64,000 nucleotides of DNA. Source: a virus. Lineage: Duplodnaviria > Caudoviricetes. Below the pieces are notes generated by a model, which was given only the letters and a program-made list of their open reading frames with translations, did not search any database and was not told the DNA's origin. Numbering within the stretch: position 1 is the stretch's first letter; each line of letters opens with the position of its first letter. The position numbers and the translations under genes are program-made. Of this stretch, positions 28,695 to 38,573 are shown in pieces. The stretch lies in the IMG/VR virus record IMGVR_UViG_3300021962_000022; one strand, 5' to 3'.

Positions 28695-28723
28695 TTTGTG
28701 ATTACTTTTTCTTATATTTTGGT

Positions 28724-29074
28724 ATGCACTTATCTAAATTCTTACTTTTAAGAGGTAGTGATTATTTTTTAACGAACACTGTCGAAGTTAGACATGGTAT
28801 TCGTAGAATTAATGCTCAATGGTCTCCTGAATTAGCTCAGGATATTGAAGAGTATCACGGTATCAATGTGGAAGAAGAATTAGTAAGATTATTATCAGAA
28901 GAACTTGCAAGGGAAATCGATTCACAAATTATTAATACATTAAGACAGGGAGTAACAATTGCTCAGGACTTAGTTCCGATACAACCAATGAACGAACCTG
29001 TTGGACATCTTTTTTGTTTCGATTATTCCTACAACAATTACACATTCAAAAATTTCAAATTATTAAGAGGATGA
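28724..29074 (+). CDS. Miniature, order-reversed T4 gp23-type major-capsid-protein derivative
   Basis: RRINAQWSPELAQDIEEYHGINVEEELVRLLSEELAREIDSQII followed by IAQDLVPIQPMNEPVGHLF. Confidence 0.8.
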   Translation: MHLSKFLLLRGSDYFLTNTVEVRHGIRRINAQWSPELAQDIEEYHGINVEEELVRLLSEELAREIDSQIINTLRQGVTIAQDLVPIQPMNEPVGHLFCFDYSYNNYTFKNFKLLRG

Positions 29075-30531
29075 TAACAATAGGTTACAGCACAAGAGAA
29101 TCAAATCCCAAGTTTCAAGAATACTTAAAGAAAACTTGTGGTCACCCAAAAGTTCAGGTTATTGAAAAGGTGAACAATGGTGAAAAAAGTTTGTCACAAA
29201 CATACAATGAAATAATAAATGAATCAGAACATGACATTGTAGTTTTTTGTCACGATGACATTTATTTTGAAACCAGTTCTTGGGGTCGAAAATTAATGAA
29301 ACACTTTGAAGAAAGTGAGTATGGTATTTTAGGTGTTGCTGGTACAACCAACATTCATGAAAGTGGTAGATGGTGGACAGACAATACCAAAATGGTTGGT
29401 ATTGTTAACCACGAGAACGAAGGTAAAAAATGGGAATCTAGATATGCGAACGGTATACCAAATTCAATTCATCAAGTTTGTTTGGTCGATGGTTTGTTTA
29501 TTGCAATCTATAAGAATAGAATTAAACACACTTTCAATGAATCGGTACCCGGATTCCACTTCTACGATATGACTTTCTGTACTGAAAATCATTTAAGTGG
29601 TGTTCAGATTGGTGTGATATATAATATCAGATTAACCCATAAGTCTATTGGGATGACTAATGAATCTTGGGAGAAGAATAGGGAAGAATATATTGAGAGA
29701 TTCAAGAATGAATTACCTATATCCATAACACCGAAGATTAATTACGATGTGATTAAACCAAAACAAGTTAAGGAGAAATATAATCTGATTGTTCAAACAT
29801 CTAACAACAGTGAGAAACTCGTAAACTTTTTTGAGAGAATTAAAGAATTACCAGTTTACGATAATCTATTAATCTCATTGATTTCAACCGATAGTAACAT
29901 TGAGGATGTAAGAAAGTATGAATCTGAAAATGTTTTAATTTATGAAGGGTTTTTTGAAACATTAAATAAAAACCTATCTGTATTAAAGTGGGATGACTCG
30001 TTCATGAATTCTAAATCGGATTTACTTTTCTTTTCAACTGACGCGGTAACCATTCTCAATGACGTTTTTTCAAGTATGTATGGTATCTTCAAAAATGAAA
30101 GAAGTAGTTTTGGATGTGCATTCCCATCAGTTTTGGAATCTGATGGAACCATCTTCTCAAATGGTTTGGATATCATCCAAAATAAAGAAGAACAGTTTAA
30201 TTTAATCTTTAAAAATAAGTCATCATATTTCAACATACTTCACGGACATTTTCCAATTAATTTTGGCAGTATCAGTGATTTTTTCGCAACAACATCATCA
30301 AATTTAAAGATGATAGATTGGTTTGATATTAATTTAGAAACATCAATCTATAATTTAGATTTTGCTTTGAAATCATTCCTTAAAAAACGTAAAGTTTATG
30401 TTGATACGAATAGTGTCGTTATGATTGACATGGCGTCTCAATTTGAAAAGATAGATGGTGAATTAAAACAAGTTTTAGGTCAATACATGAACGCGCCTGA
30501 AATAAGAAAAAATGTGAAACAAATAAGATGA
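29071..30531 (+). CDS. Two-domain GT-A glycosyltransferase
   Basis: SLSQTYN, FCHDDIYF, LVDGLFIAI, FHFYD; ATG overlaps TGA of the upstream gene. Confidence 0.85.
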   Translation: MITIGYSTRESNPKFQEYLKKTCGHPKVQVIEKVNNGEKSLSQTYNEIINESEHDIVVFCHDDIYFETSSWGRKLMKHFEESEYGILGVAGTTNIHESGRWWTDNTKMVGIVNHENEGKKWESRYANGIPNSIHQVCLVDGLFIAIYKNRIKHTFNESVPGFHFYDMTFCTENHLSGVQIGVIYNIRLTHKSIGMTNESWEKNREEYIERFKNELPISITPKINYDVIKPKQVKEKYNLIVQTSNNSEKLVNFFERIKELPVYDNLLISLISTDSNIEDVRKYESENVLIYEGFFETLNKNLSVLKWDDSFMNSKSDLLFFSTDAVTILNDVFSSMYGIFKNERSSFGCAFPSVLESDGTIFSNGLDIIQNKEEQFNLIFKNKSSYFNILHGHFPINFGSISDFFATTSSNLKMIDWFDINLETSIYNLDFALKSFLKKRKVYVDTNSVVMIDMASQFEKIDGELKQVLGQYMNAPEIRKNVKQIR

Positions 30532-31307
30532 TAAAAATAATATCAGGATTTACAGAAAAAGGTGGCTCGACCACTTTTTTTATAAACTTAACTAATTTTC
30601 TAAACGAAAACGGTATTGACTGCACATTTTATGGTAATCAGAATTACCATATGGATAAATGTAAATCAGGTAATATCGATAAGGATTTAAAGTACGAACC
30701 CGATGATGTAATCATTACTCATTTCCTACAACTACAAGAAAGACCACCGGTAAAAAAAGTGATTTTATCTTGTCATGAGAAGTGGTGGTTTCCCGTTGGG
30801 AAAATAAAACAGTATTGGGATGTCTGTGTTTTTTTACATGATGAACACAGAAAATATCATTCAGATTATCGAGGTGATTATGTAATCATACCGAATATCA
30901 AAGAGAGTTTATTGAACTCCGATAAAGAATCTGTAAAAAACATTGCGGGTATAATTGGAACAATCGAAGATAGAAAACAAACACATGTGTCAATACAAAG
31001 AGCACTGAAAGACAGGTGTGAAAAAATTTACTTATTCGGTCATATCGGTGACCAAGGTTACTTTGACAGGTTTGTAAAGCCATTAATGAATCCAAGAGTG
31101 ATTCACTATGGTCACACAAATAATAAACAAGAGATGTACGATATGATTGGTAAAGTTTATCATTCATCTAAAGGTGAGGTTGCATGTTTGGTTAAAGATG
31201 AATGTTACCTAACCGGTACTGAATTTTATGGAAATGAAGAAACTATGAATGAGGTTTCTAAATTAAATAACGATGAGATATTAACACTTTGGAAAAATAT
31301 ATTTTAA
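30528..31307 (+). CDS. GT-B (GT4-like) glycosyltransferase
   Basis: GGST, GIIGTIEDRKQTH, VYHSSKGE. Confidence 0.7.
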   Translation: MIKIISGFTEKGGSTTFFINLTNFLNENGIDCTFYGNQNYHMDKCKSGNIDKDLKYEPDDVIITHFLQLQERPPVKKVILSCHEKWWFPVGKIKQYWDVCVFLHDEHRKYHSDYRGDYVIIPNIKESLLNSDKESVKNIAGIIGTIEDRKQTHVSIQRALKDRCEKIYLFGHIGDQGYFDRFVKPLMNPRVIHYGHTNNKQEMYDMIGKVYHSSKGEVACLVKDECYLTGTEFYGNEETMNEVSKLNNDEILTLWKNIF

Positions 31308-32030
31308 ATGAAAATACACGCACATATATTAGCTTGGAATGAGGAAAGAATACTTCCATTTACATTAGATTATTACAGCACCATTTGTGAGAAAATATTC
31401 ATCTACGATAATATGTCAACAGACTCGTCAGATGAGATTTATAAAAAGTACCCAAAAGTAGAAGTCACTAAATGGGACAGTGGTAATGAAATAAATGAGA
31501 TTAATTACGTCAATATAAAATCCGAAGAATATAAAAAACGAAGCAGAGGTCAAGGTGTTGACTGGGTTATTGTTTGTGACTGTGATGAATTTATTTATCA
31601 TGAAAATCTATTGGATAAATTAAACGAGTACAAACAATTAGGTATAACCGTACCGAGAATTGATGGTCACGATATGGTGAGCACGGAATTTCCAAAATAT
31701 GACGGGGAATTGATTACAACTAAAATAAAAACCGGTTCTAAAACATATGAACCTATGTGTAAAAACATAATATTCCATCCTGATTTGGATATCAAATACG
31801 GAATTGGTGGTCACAGTTTTAATTCCGTAGATGGAAAATTCTCAGATGAGAGAGAAATAAAACTTTTACATTATAAATTTTTAGGTAAGGAGTATGTAAA
31901 AAACATTTATATCTCGAGAGCTAAGAGATTGTCTTCTTTCAACAAGCAACATAAATTTGGTGAACATTATTTCAATCTACCTTTCAATTATATGGATACC
32001 ATGTTAAAAGAAAACTACCAAGTAATATGA
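31308..32030 (+). CDS. GT2-like glycosyltransferase
   Basis: WNEERILPFTLDYY, YDNMSTD, WVIVCDCDEF, LLHYK. Confidence 0.85.
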   Translation: MKIHAHILAWNEERILPFTLDYYSTICEKIFIYDNMSTDSSDEIYKKYPKVEVTKWDSGNEINEINYVNIKSEEYKKRSRGQGVDWVIVCDCDEFIYHENLLDKLNEYKQLGITVPRIDGHDMVSTEFPKYDGELITTKIKTGSKTYEPMCKNIIFHPDLDIKYGIGGHSFNSVDGKFSDEREIKLLHYKFLGKEYVKNIYISRAKRLSSFNKQHKFGEHYFNLPFNYMDTMLKENYQVI

Positions 32031-32848
32031 AAAAAATTTTAATTTCTGATTTTACAATAAAGGAAGTGCCACACGGTGGTTCTGAATGGGTAAACCAAGT
32101 TTTAATTGATAAGTTTAATCTTGATTTTCAATACTCAAATCAAGTCACTTCATTTGATTATAATAATCTATACATCATATCAAATATTTCATTGATGAAT
32201 CCAAATTTGGTAAGTCAAATACCTAATTTGAATTATATTATAATTGAAAACGATTACAAGATTTGTCCGAGTCGTCATCCATGGAGATATCCTGATAATA
32301 TTATTCCGAATGAAGACAGAATTAATTATTCAATTTATAAGAATGCAAAGGCGGTATTCGTTCAAACAACAGACCACATGAATGTGTATTTGAAAAATGA
32401 TGTGGTCGCCAATTTTATAAATTTAAATAGTTCAATATGGTCTGATAATGACTTAGAACTTTTAAGAGAATTGAATAAAAATAATTCAGTAAAGAATGAT
32501 AAATACTCAGTTTACTACACCAATAATTGGATTAAAAATACACAGGGTAGTTTAAAATATTGTTCTGAAAATAAATTACCAGTTTACATTTTAAAAGAAT
32601 CAAAAGATAGAGTTGAGTTTTTAACTAACCTTTCAAAATGTAAGGGTATTGTGTTTTTTCCAATTGCAAGAGAAACGTTTTGTAGGTTAGTTGTGGAATC
32701 TAAATGTTTAGGTTTAGATGTAATCACAACACAAAATTATGGTGCTAGTTTAGAAGATTGGTTCCATCAATTTTCAGGTGAAGAACTTATAAATTTCTTA
32801 GAATCTAACACCTCTAAGAACTTAGATATTATTTCAAATTATTTATGA
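32027..32848 (+). CDS. GT-B (GT4-like) glycosyltransferase
   Basis: PHGGSE, FFPIARETFCRLVVESKCLG. Confidence 0.75.
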   Translation: MKKILISDFTIKEVPHGGSEWVNQVLIDKFNLDFQYSNQVTSFDYNNLYIISNISLMNPNLVSQIPNLNYIIIENDYKICPSRHPWRYPDNIIPNEDRINYSIYKNAKAVFVQTTDHMNVYLKNDVVANFINLNSSIWSDNDLELLRELNKNNSVKNDKYSVYYTNNWIKNTQGSLKYCSENKLPVYILKESKDRVEFLTNLSKCKGIVFFPIARETFCRLVVESKCLGLDVITTQNYGASLEDWFHQFSGEELINFLESNTSKNLDIISNYL

Positions 32849-33837
32849 TACTTTTCTGTTACGGGACTAGACCCGAATATATAAAAATTAAAAAATTAAT
32901 TGAATCATGTGAAGGTGTTATACCGTATAAAGTATTGTACGTAACCCAACACAAAGACATAGTATTGGGTGATTTCGATTACAAATTAGTCATTGATGAC
33001 CTTTGTGATAATAGGTTAAACAGTATAATGGCGTCAGTCTTTTTAAACTTTAAAGAAGAATTTTTAAAAGATGTGACCCACATACTTGTTCAAGGGGATA
33101 CGGCAACCGCATTGTCACTTTCTTTAATTGGTTTACATTACAAAAAAGAAGTCATTCATTTAGAAGCTGGTCTTAGGACATATGATTACAATCATCCTTA
33201 TCCCGAAGAAATGTATCGACAACTAATAAGTCGAGTGTCAAATTATAACTTGTGTCCAACAGAAAGTAACAAACTTAATTTGGAAAATGAGAAAGTACAA
33301 GGACAAAATTTTGTAGTCGGTAACACCGTTTTAGATAATTTAGATAGAGACAATATTTCTTACGAGGATAAAGTTTTAATTACTTTACACAGACGAGAGA
33401 ATCATGAACAAATGTCCGAATGGTTTAATGAAATCAATCAACTCGCAATAGAGAATCCACAATTAGTTTTTATATTACCGATACACCCAAATCCAAATGT
33501 CCTAAAACACAAACACATACTATCACACGTTAATGTTGTTGACCCGATGAACCATGTTGATTTCATAAAGGAATTCAAATCTTCTAAAATTTTGATATCA
33601 GACAGTGGTGGGGTTCAAGAGGAAGCTGCGTTTTTAAATAAGAAAGTAATTGTCTGTCGAGAAAAAACTGAAAGACCTGAGTCAGTTGGTAAAACATCTT
33701 TTATTTGTAGAAAACCCATTGACTTAAAGGGTATTTTTTACGATATTATTAACGATTTTGACACACAGTATGAATGTCCTTATGGTGACGGTAATTCCTG
33801 TGATAAAATCGTAGAAATATTTAAAAAAATCATATGA
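32845..33837 (+). CDS. wecB: UDP-N-acetylglucosamine 2-epimerase
   Basis: GTRPEYIK, VQGDT, HLEAGLRT, PYPEE, HRREN, SDSGGVQEE, R..TERPE, YGDG. Confidence 0.95.
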   Translation: MILFCYGTRPEYIKIKKLIESCEGVIPYKVLYVTQHKDIVLGDFDYKLVIDDLCDNRLNSIMASVFLNFKEEFLKDVTHILVQGDTATALSLSLIGLHYKKEVIHLEAGLRTYDYNHPYPEEMYRQLISRVSNYNLCPTESNKLNLENEKVQGQNFVVGNTVLDNLDRDNISYEDKVLITLHRRENHEQMSEWFNEINQLAIENPQLVFILPIHPNPNVLKHKHILSHVNVVDPMNHVDFIKEFKSSKILISDSGGVQEEAAFLNKKVIVCREKTERPESVGKTSFICRKPIDLKGIFYDIINDFDTQYECPYGDGNSCDKIVEIFKKII

Positions 33838-34562
33838 GTATAACAGTAATATTAAATGGTTATAAAAGACCTCACGTTCTTGCAAAACAATTAGAAAGTA
33901 TTAGAAATCAAAGTGTTCAACCTGAGTCAATTTTATTTTGGCAAAACTCAGGTGCCGAATTTGATTCTAATTTAACTAAGGACTTAATTCACGCGTCATC
34001 TAATCACAACTTTGGTGTTTGGGCTAGATTTGCATACGCTTTAAACGCAACAACAGAATACATTTGTGTATTTGATGATGATACCATTCCCGGTCCATTA
34101 TGGTTAGAAAATTGTTTGAATACCATGAAAATTCAAGAGGGATTATTGGGAACAATTGGTGTTAAATTTCACACAAAAAACACATATTGGCCAGCAACAA
34201 GAATTGGTTGGGATGGTCCAAATGAACAGATAGAACAAGTGGACATCGTTGGTCATTCTTGGTTTTTTAAAAGAGAATGGTTATCTATTTTTTGGAGGGA
34301 GTTACCCGAAATCAATCAAAGTAAATTGGTTGGTGAGGACATGCACTTTTCTTATACCCTACAGAAATACGCCAACATAGGTACATTCGTCCCTCCACAT
34401 CCAAAAAATAATATGGATATGTGGGGAAGCATTCCTGAACATGCTTGGAAACACGGAACCGATTCTAATGCAATTTCAGTTCACAATTCAAATATGAATT
34501 TAATGAGTGAAGTATACCGTGGTTATATCGATAAAGGTTTTAAAACCATTTTAAATCGTTAA
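33834..34562 (+). CDS. GT2-like glycosyltransferase
   Basis: NFGVWARF, CVFDDDTIPG, GEDMHFS. Confidence 0.82.
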   Translation: MSITVILNGYKRPHVLAKQLESIRNQSVQPESILFWQNSGAEFDSNLTKDLIHASSNHNFGVWARFAYALNATTEYICVFDDDTIPGPLWLENCLNTMKIQEGLLGTIGVKFHTKNTYWPATRIGWDGPNEQIEQVDIVGHSWFFKREWLSIFWRELPEINQSKLVGEDMHFSYTLQKYANIGTFVPPHPKNNMDMWGSIPEHAWKHGTDSNAISVHNSNMNLMSEVYRGYIDKGFKTILNR

Positions 34563-34567
34563 TTCAT

Positions 34568-35164
34568 ATGATTAATAAAAACGAAATAACGATTATTATA
34601 CAGGGACCATCAGTAAATGTTGGGGAATTAAGGCAACGATGGGATGGTTTTAATGTAATATGGTCAACGTGGGTTGGGGAAGAGGCAAAATACAATCAAG
34701 ATGACATTGTAATTTTCAATAATATACCATTCGATAAAGGTATCCAAAACATTGCGCTACAAAAAGAGTCAACATTAAATGGAATAAGAAAAGCAAAAGA
34801 ATTAGGTTTTAGTTGGGTTTTAAAATGGAGAAGTGATATGTTACCAAATGACTCTGAAAGTTTAATTAATTGTTTCAAAAAAGATTCAATTAACTTCTTG
34901 GCGTGGCATAATGGAGGAAAATATTTTGTTGATTACTTTGTCGGTGGTAATATCGATGACGTTTATAAAATATGGGACATTCCTCAGATATGGTCGTCCC
35001 ATTCAGAAAAAATAACAACTGATAATATTTTTTCATTAGGGTATGATAATTTTAACTTTATTGGTGATAAATTAAACACCAATAATGAAATATATTGGTC
35101 CAAATATAAAATCAATCTATCCACATATAAAGATGAGAAATGTTATACTATGGAGGTAAAATAA
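34568..35164 (+). CDS. WavE-like polysaccharide synthesis protein
   Basis: IIIQGP, IWSTW, NIALQ..STLNGI, LKWRSD. Confidence 0.7.
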   Translation: MINKNEITIIIQGPSVNVGELRQRWDGFNVIWSTWVGEEAKYNQDDIVIFNNIPFDKGIQNIALQKESTLNGIRKAKELGFSWVLKWRSDMLPNDSESLINCFKKDSINFLAWHNGGKYFVDYFVGGNIDDVYKIWDIPQIWSSHSEKITTDNIFSLGYDNFNFIGDKLNTNNEIYWSKYKINLSTYKDEKCYTMEVK

Positions 35165-35171
35165 TAATTAA

Positions 35172-35903
35172 ATGTACGATAATTCAAAATTTATTAATAA
35201 CGCTTTTACCGAAGACGAATATAATCTTGGGGTGTTTGTCGATTTAAATGGTAAGTGTCCTTTATGGACAAAAAAATTGATATCTAATATTAAAGATAAA
35301 ATTGATTTCAATTCCATAAACACAATATTGGATATTGGTTCAAGAGATGGGTGTCAAAGTTTAGAATTAAATCGGTGGTTTCCACATGCAAAGATTTACG
35401 CATTCGAACCCGTACCAAATAACTATGAGTTTACCGTAAAAAATGTTCAAGGTGTTGATAATATCAGAGCACTTCCATACGCAATAAATTCATTTCATGG
35501 TAAGACTAAATTTTATGAGGTATACAATGGGAACGTAGGTGCTAGTTCATTGTTAAAAACAACGAACCACTGGCGTTCATCACAATGGGCACAAAAAGAA
35601 ATTGAAGTTGAATGTATAGTCCTATCTGATTGGTTAAAAGAAAATGATGTTAACCAAGTGGATTTAATATGGATGGATGTACAAGGTGCTGAAAAAATTG
35701 TCATAGATAGTTTGGGTGATTACTTAAATGAAGTTAAAGTAATCGCAACTGAAGTCGGATTACAAGAGTTATATGTTAATTCAACTACTAAAAACGAACT
35801 TGATAAATTATTAGATGGGTTTATCGCTTTAGATGAATCACCCGAATCGTCAATGACCGAAATGGACATTATCTATATCAACAAGAAAAATGGAACAATT
35901 TAA
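35172..35903 (+). CDS. FkbM-family methyltransferase
   Basis: LDIGSRDG, YAFEP, WMDVQGAE. Confidence 0.9.
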   Translation: MYDNSKFINNAFTEDEYNLGVFVDLNGKCPLWTKKLISNIKDKIDFNSINTILDIGSRDGCQSLELNRWFPHAKIYAFEPVPNNYEFTVKNVQGVDNIRALPYAINSFHGKTKFYEVYNGNVGASSLLKTTNHWRSSQWAQKEIEVECIVLSDWLKENDVNQVDLIWMDVQGAEKIVIDSLGDYLNEVKVIATEVGLQELYVNSTTKNELDKLLDGFIALDESPESSMTEMDIIYINKKNGTI

Positions 35904-36609
35904 AAGTGATTTTGTAAGGTTCACCGAAAAAATAAAAAATGGTGAGAATTTTGCATACGCAAGATATGCGGATGGTGAAGTATTGTTAATGAAAGGTAAT
36001 GAGGTGGGTCAAAATACACAAGCTTTTAAAATCGATAATTGGAGTTCACCAAATCAATTAACTACCGTAGGTAATGAATTACTTGAGAGTTTATCACATA
36101 CCGAATCTAATTATTACTATGCAATTTCATCCGTATCTGACAATATTTCAGACTATAGATTTTTGACGGATAGAATTAAATCAAAAAAAGAGAATATAAC
36201 ATTCGCCAACCTATGGATAAATTCAAATTACCAGCAGATGAAAGATTTTTACATGGGGTTGGATAAGGAGTGTTTCGTTATATGTAATCATCGGGCTAAT
36301 ATCAATAATTTTCCTTTTAAAATAAAAGAATTTTTTCCATTTCCTGATAATTGTGTTGAGTTTTGGGAATCCTCAGGGTCCGACTATATGACACAAATTA
36401 ATCAAAAAATACAACAATTAAATAATGAAACTTTCTTTATATCAGCTGGACCAATTTCTGAAATAATAATACATAAACTGTACTCTTTGAACCCAAACAA
36501 TCAATATATTGATGTTGGTTCCTCAATGGATGAATTTGTCCACGGTAAAAAGACAAGACCATATATGGAACCAAATTCATTTTATTCTAAACAAATATCA
36601 GTATTCTAA
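35890..36609 (+). CDS. GT-D-fold-like (DUF1792-like) protein
   Basis: YARYADGE, ISAGP, IDVGS. Confidence 0.65.
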   Translation: MEQFKSDFVRFTEKIKNGENFAYARYADGEVLLMKGNEVGQNTQAFKIDNWSSPNQLTTVGNELLESLSHTESNYYYAISSVSDNISDYRFLTDRIKSKKENITFANLWINSNYQQMKDFYMGLDKECFVICNHRANINNFPFKIKEFFPFPDNCVEFWESSGSDYMTQINQKIQQLNNETFFISAGPISEIIIHKLYSLNPNNQYIDVGSSMDEFVHGKKTRPYMEPNSFYSKQISVF

Positions 36610-37286
36610 TGATTAATATTGTATACACAAATAGTAAATGTCAAGATGTTTTTAATATTTTTAAATCACAGCACGACACATACTCAAAATTACCACTTTT
36701 TGTAATATCCGATAATGGTGGGGATTTTACTTATAGAAACGAAGACCCATATTACAAACATTGGTTAGATGCATTAAAATTGGTGAATGATGATTTTTTC
36801 ATTTACAACCAAGAGGATTTCATTCTTTATGATTCAGTAAATCATGATATTTTAAATAGATTAGAAAACTTTTTAATAGAAAATCCTGAATATTCATTTG
36901 TTAGATTAATTAAAAGTGGTCAAAATTTATCAAGAGAAGAATTGGTTGAAGACATATACCCGATTGGTGACGATTCTTTTCCACTTTATTCGATGCAGGC
37001 AACAATTTGGAATAAAAATAAATTTATCGAACTGTATGAAAATACTAAACAAGAAAAGTGGTTTGAGTCTCAATCATATGAAGATGCGTGTAAAAAATTA
37101 AATATAAGAGGCGTTTATTATTACAATGGTGAACCAAAAAGAGGTGGTCATCATGACTCATCAATTTATCCTTATATCGCAACCGCGGTTGTAAAAGGTA
37201 AATGGAATTTAAGTGAGTATAAAAATGAATTATTACCTCTACTTAACGAACATAATATAGTTATAGAAAATAGAGGTATATTTTAA
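36609..37286 (+). CDS. Putative glycosyltransferase
   Basis: YNQEDF, YSMQATIWNK, AVVKGKW; cluster context. Confidence 0.55.
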   Translation: MINIVYTNSKCQDVFNIFKSQHDTYSKLPLFVISDNGGDFTYRNEDPYYKHWLDALKLVNDDFFIYNQEDFILYDSVNHDILNRLENFLIENPEYSFVRLIKSGQNLSREELVEDIYPIGDDSFPLYSMQATIWNKNKFIELYENTKQEKWFESQSYEDACKKLNIRGVYYYNGEPKRGGHHDSSIYPYIATAVVKGKWNLSEYKNELLPLLNEHNIVIENRGIF

Positions 37287-37287
37287 T

Positions 37288-37899
37288 ATGTTACTTGATT
37301 TAATTAGTCTATCAAAAAAATACAACATGAATATTAGTGGCATTATTCACATAGGTGCCCATTTCGGTGAAGAACATTCAACTTATAAGAGTTTAGGTGT
37401 AAACAATATTGTTTATTTTGAACCGGTTAAAAAAACATTTGATGTTTTAAATGAAAGAGTAACGGATGCAAAATTATATAATTACGCTTTAGGTAATGAA
37501 AATAAAATGATTGAAATGTATATTGAAGATAACGATACATATGGGTGCTCTTCAATACTTCAACCAAGTTCAAATTATGCAAACATCGCTTTTAGTCCAA
37601 ATGAATTAGTTGAAATGAAACGATTAGATGATTTTAATTTTAATGGTTTTAATCTATTAAATATAGATGTCCAAGGTTACGAATATGAAGTTTTAAAAGG
37701 TGCTGAAAAAACATTAGAAAATGTAGATTTTATTTTATGTGAAATAAATCGAGATACCCCAAATAAACAACTAGATTATATCGGCTCAAAAACGATAGAT
37801 AAAATAATAGAACTATTAACACCTTACGGTTTCAAATTGAGTGAAGAAAATTGGGCTGGAATATCGTGGGGTGATGGTTTTTTTGTAAAACAAAAATGA
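37288..37899 (+). CDS. FkbM-family methyltransferase
   Basis: IHIGAHFGEE, YFEP, LNIDVQGYEYEVLKGA, WGDGFF. Confidence 0.9.
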   Translation: MLLDLISLSKKYNMNISGIIHIGAHFGEEHSTYKSLGVNNIVYFEPVKKTFDVLNERVTDAKLYNYALGNENKMIEMYIEDNDTYGCSSILQPSSNYANIAFSPNELVEMKRLDDFNFNGFNLLNIDVQGYEYEVLKGAEKTLENVDFILCEINRDTPNKQLDYIGSKTIDKIIELLTPYGFKLSEENWAGISWGDGFFVKQK

Positions 37900-38573
37900 T
37901 TGTAGGTAAAGGGTTAATATCATCCGGGTTTCAGTCATCAAAAAATGACTATACCAATTACATCATATTTGCATCAGGAGTTTCGAATTCAAAAGAAACG
38001 AATGATAGTGAATATAATCGTGAAAAAGAACTGATATTAAAAACCATAAATGAAAACAAACAATTAAAAATAATTTATTTTAGTAGTGTTTTAGTTGAAA
38101 CAACCAAAAATAAGTACTATCAAAACAAATTAGATATTGAAAATCTAATCAAAACTAATTCAGATAACTATATTATTTTTAGAATTCCTCAGGTTATTGG
38201 ATACAATGGAAATCCTAAAAATTTGTTCAATTTTATAAAAAATTCTATAGTAAACGAAACCGAAATAACAATCGATAAAAACATAGAAAGGTCTCTATTA
38301 GATATTGATTATTTGGTAGATATTGTTGATTACTGTAAAGATAAAGTATCTTGCGAGATACTGACAATTTCAGGTGTAAAAAAAATAAAAGTATTTACTT
38401 TATGTAATCTAATTGGTAAAATTTTAAATAAAAAACCTATTTTAAAAATAGTCGATGATGTCGAATATAAAAATTGGTTTACCAAAAACTCTAAGATTAT
38501 TAATCAATCAATAATCAATATCAATAAACTAACTTATTATGAAACTCTTCTAAAAAAATATATTTCTCAATGA
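37896..38573 (+). CDS. Short NAD-dependent epimerase/dehydratase-like protein
   Basis: IVGKGLIS, IFASGVSNS, YFSS, Y...K, IFRIPQVIG. Confidence 0.75.
   Translation: MIVGKGLISSGFQSSKNDYTNYIIFASGVSNSKETNDSEYNREKELILKTINENKQLKIIYFSSVLVETTKNKYYQNKLDIENLIKTNSDNYIIFRIPQVIGYNGNPKNLFNFIKNSIVNETEITIDKNIERSLLDIDYLVDIVDYCKDKVSCEILTISGVKKIKVFTLCNLIGKILNKKPILKIVDDVEYKNWFTKNSKIINQSIININKLTYYETLLKKYISQ

Noticed and set aside
28724-29074. Simple truncated capsid pseudogene
   Set aside because: Truncation cannot reverse block order; the ORF has a clean start, no stops and is coupled to the next gene. It is kept as a finding pending an HMM check.
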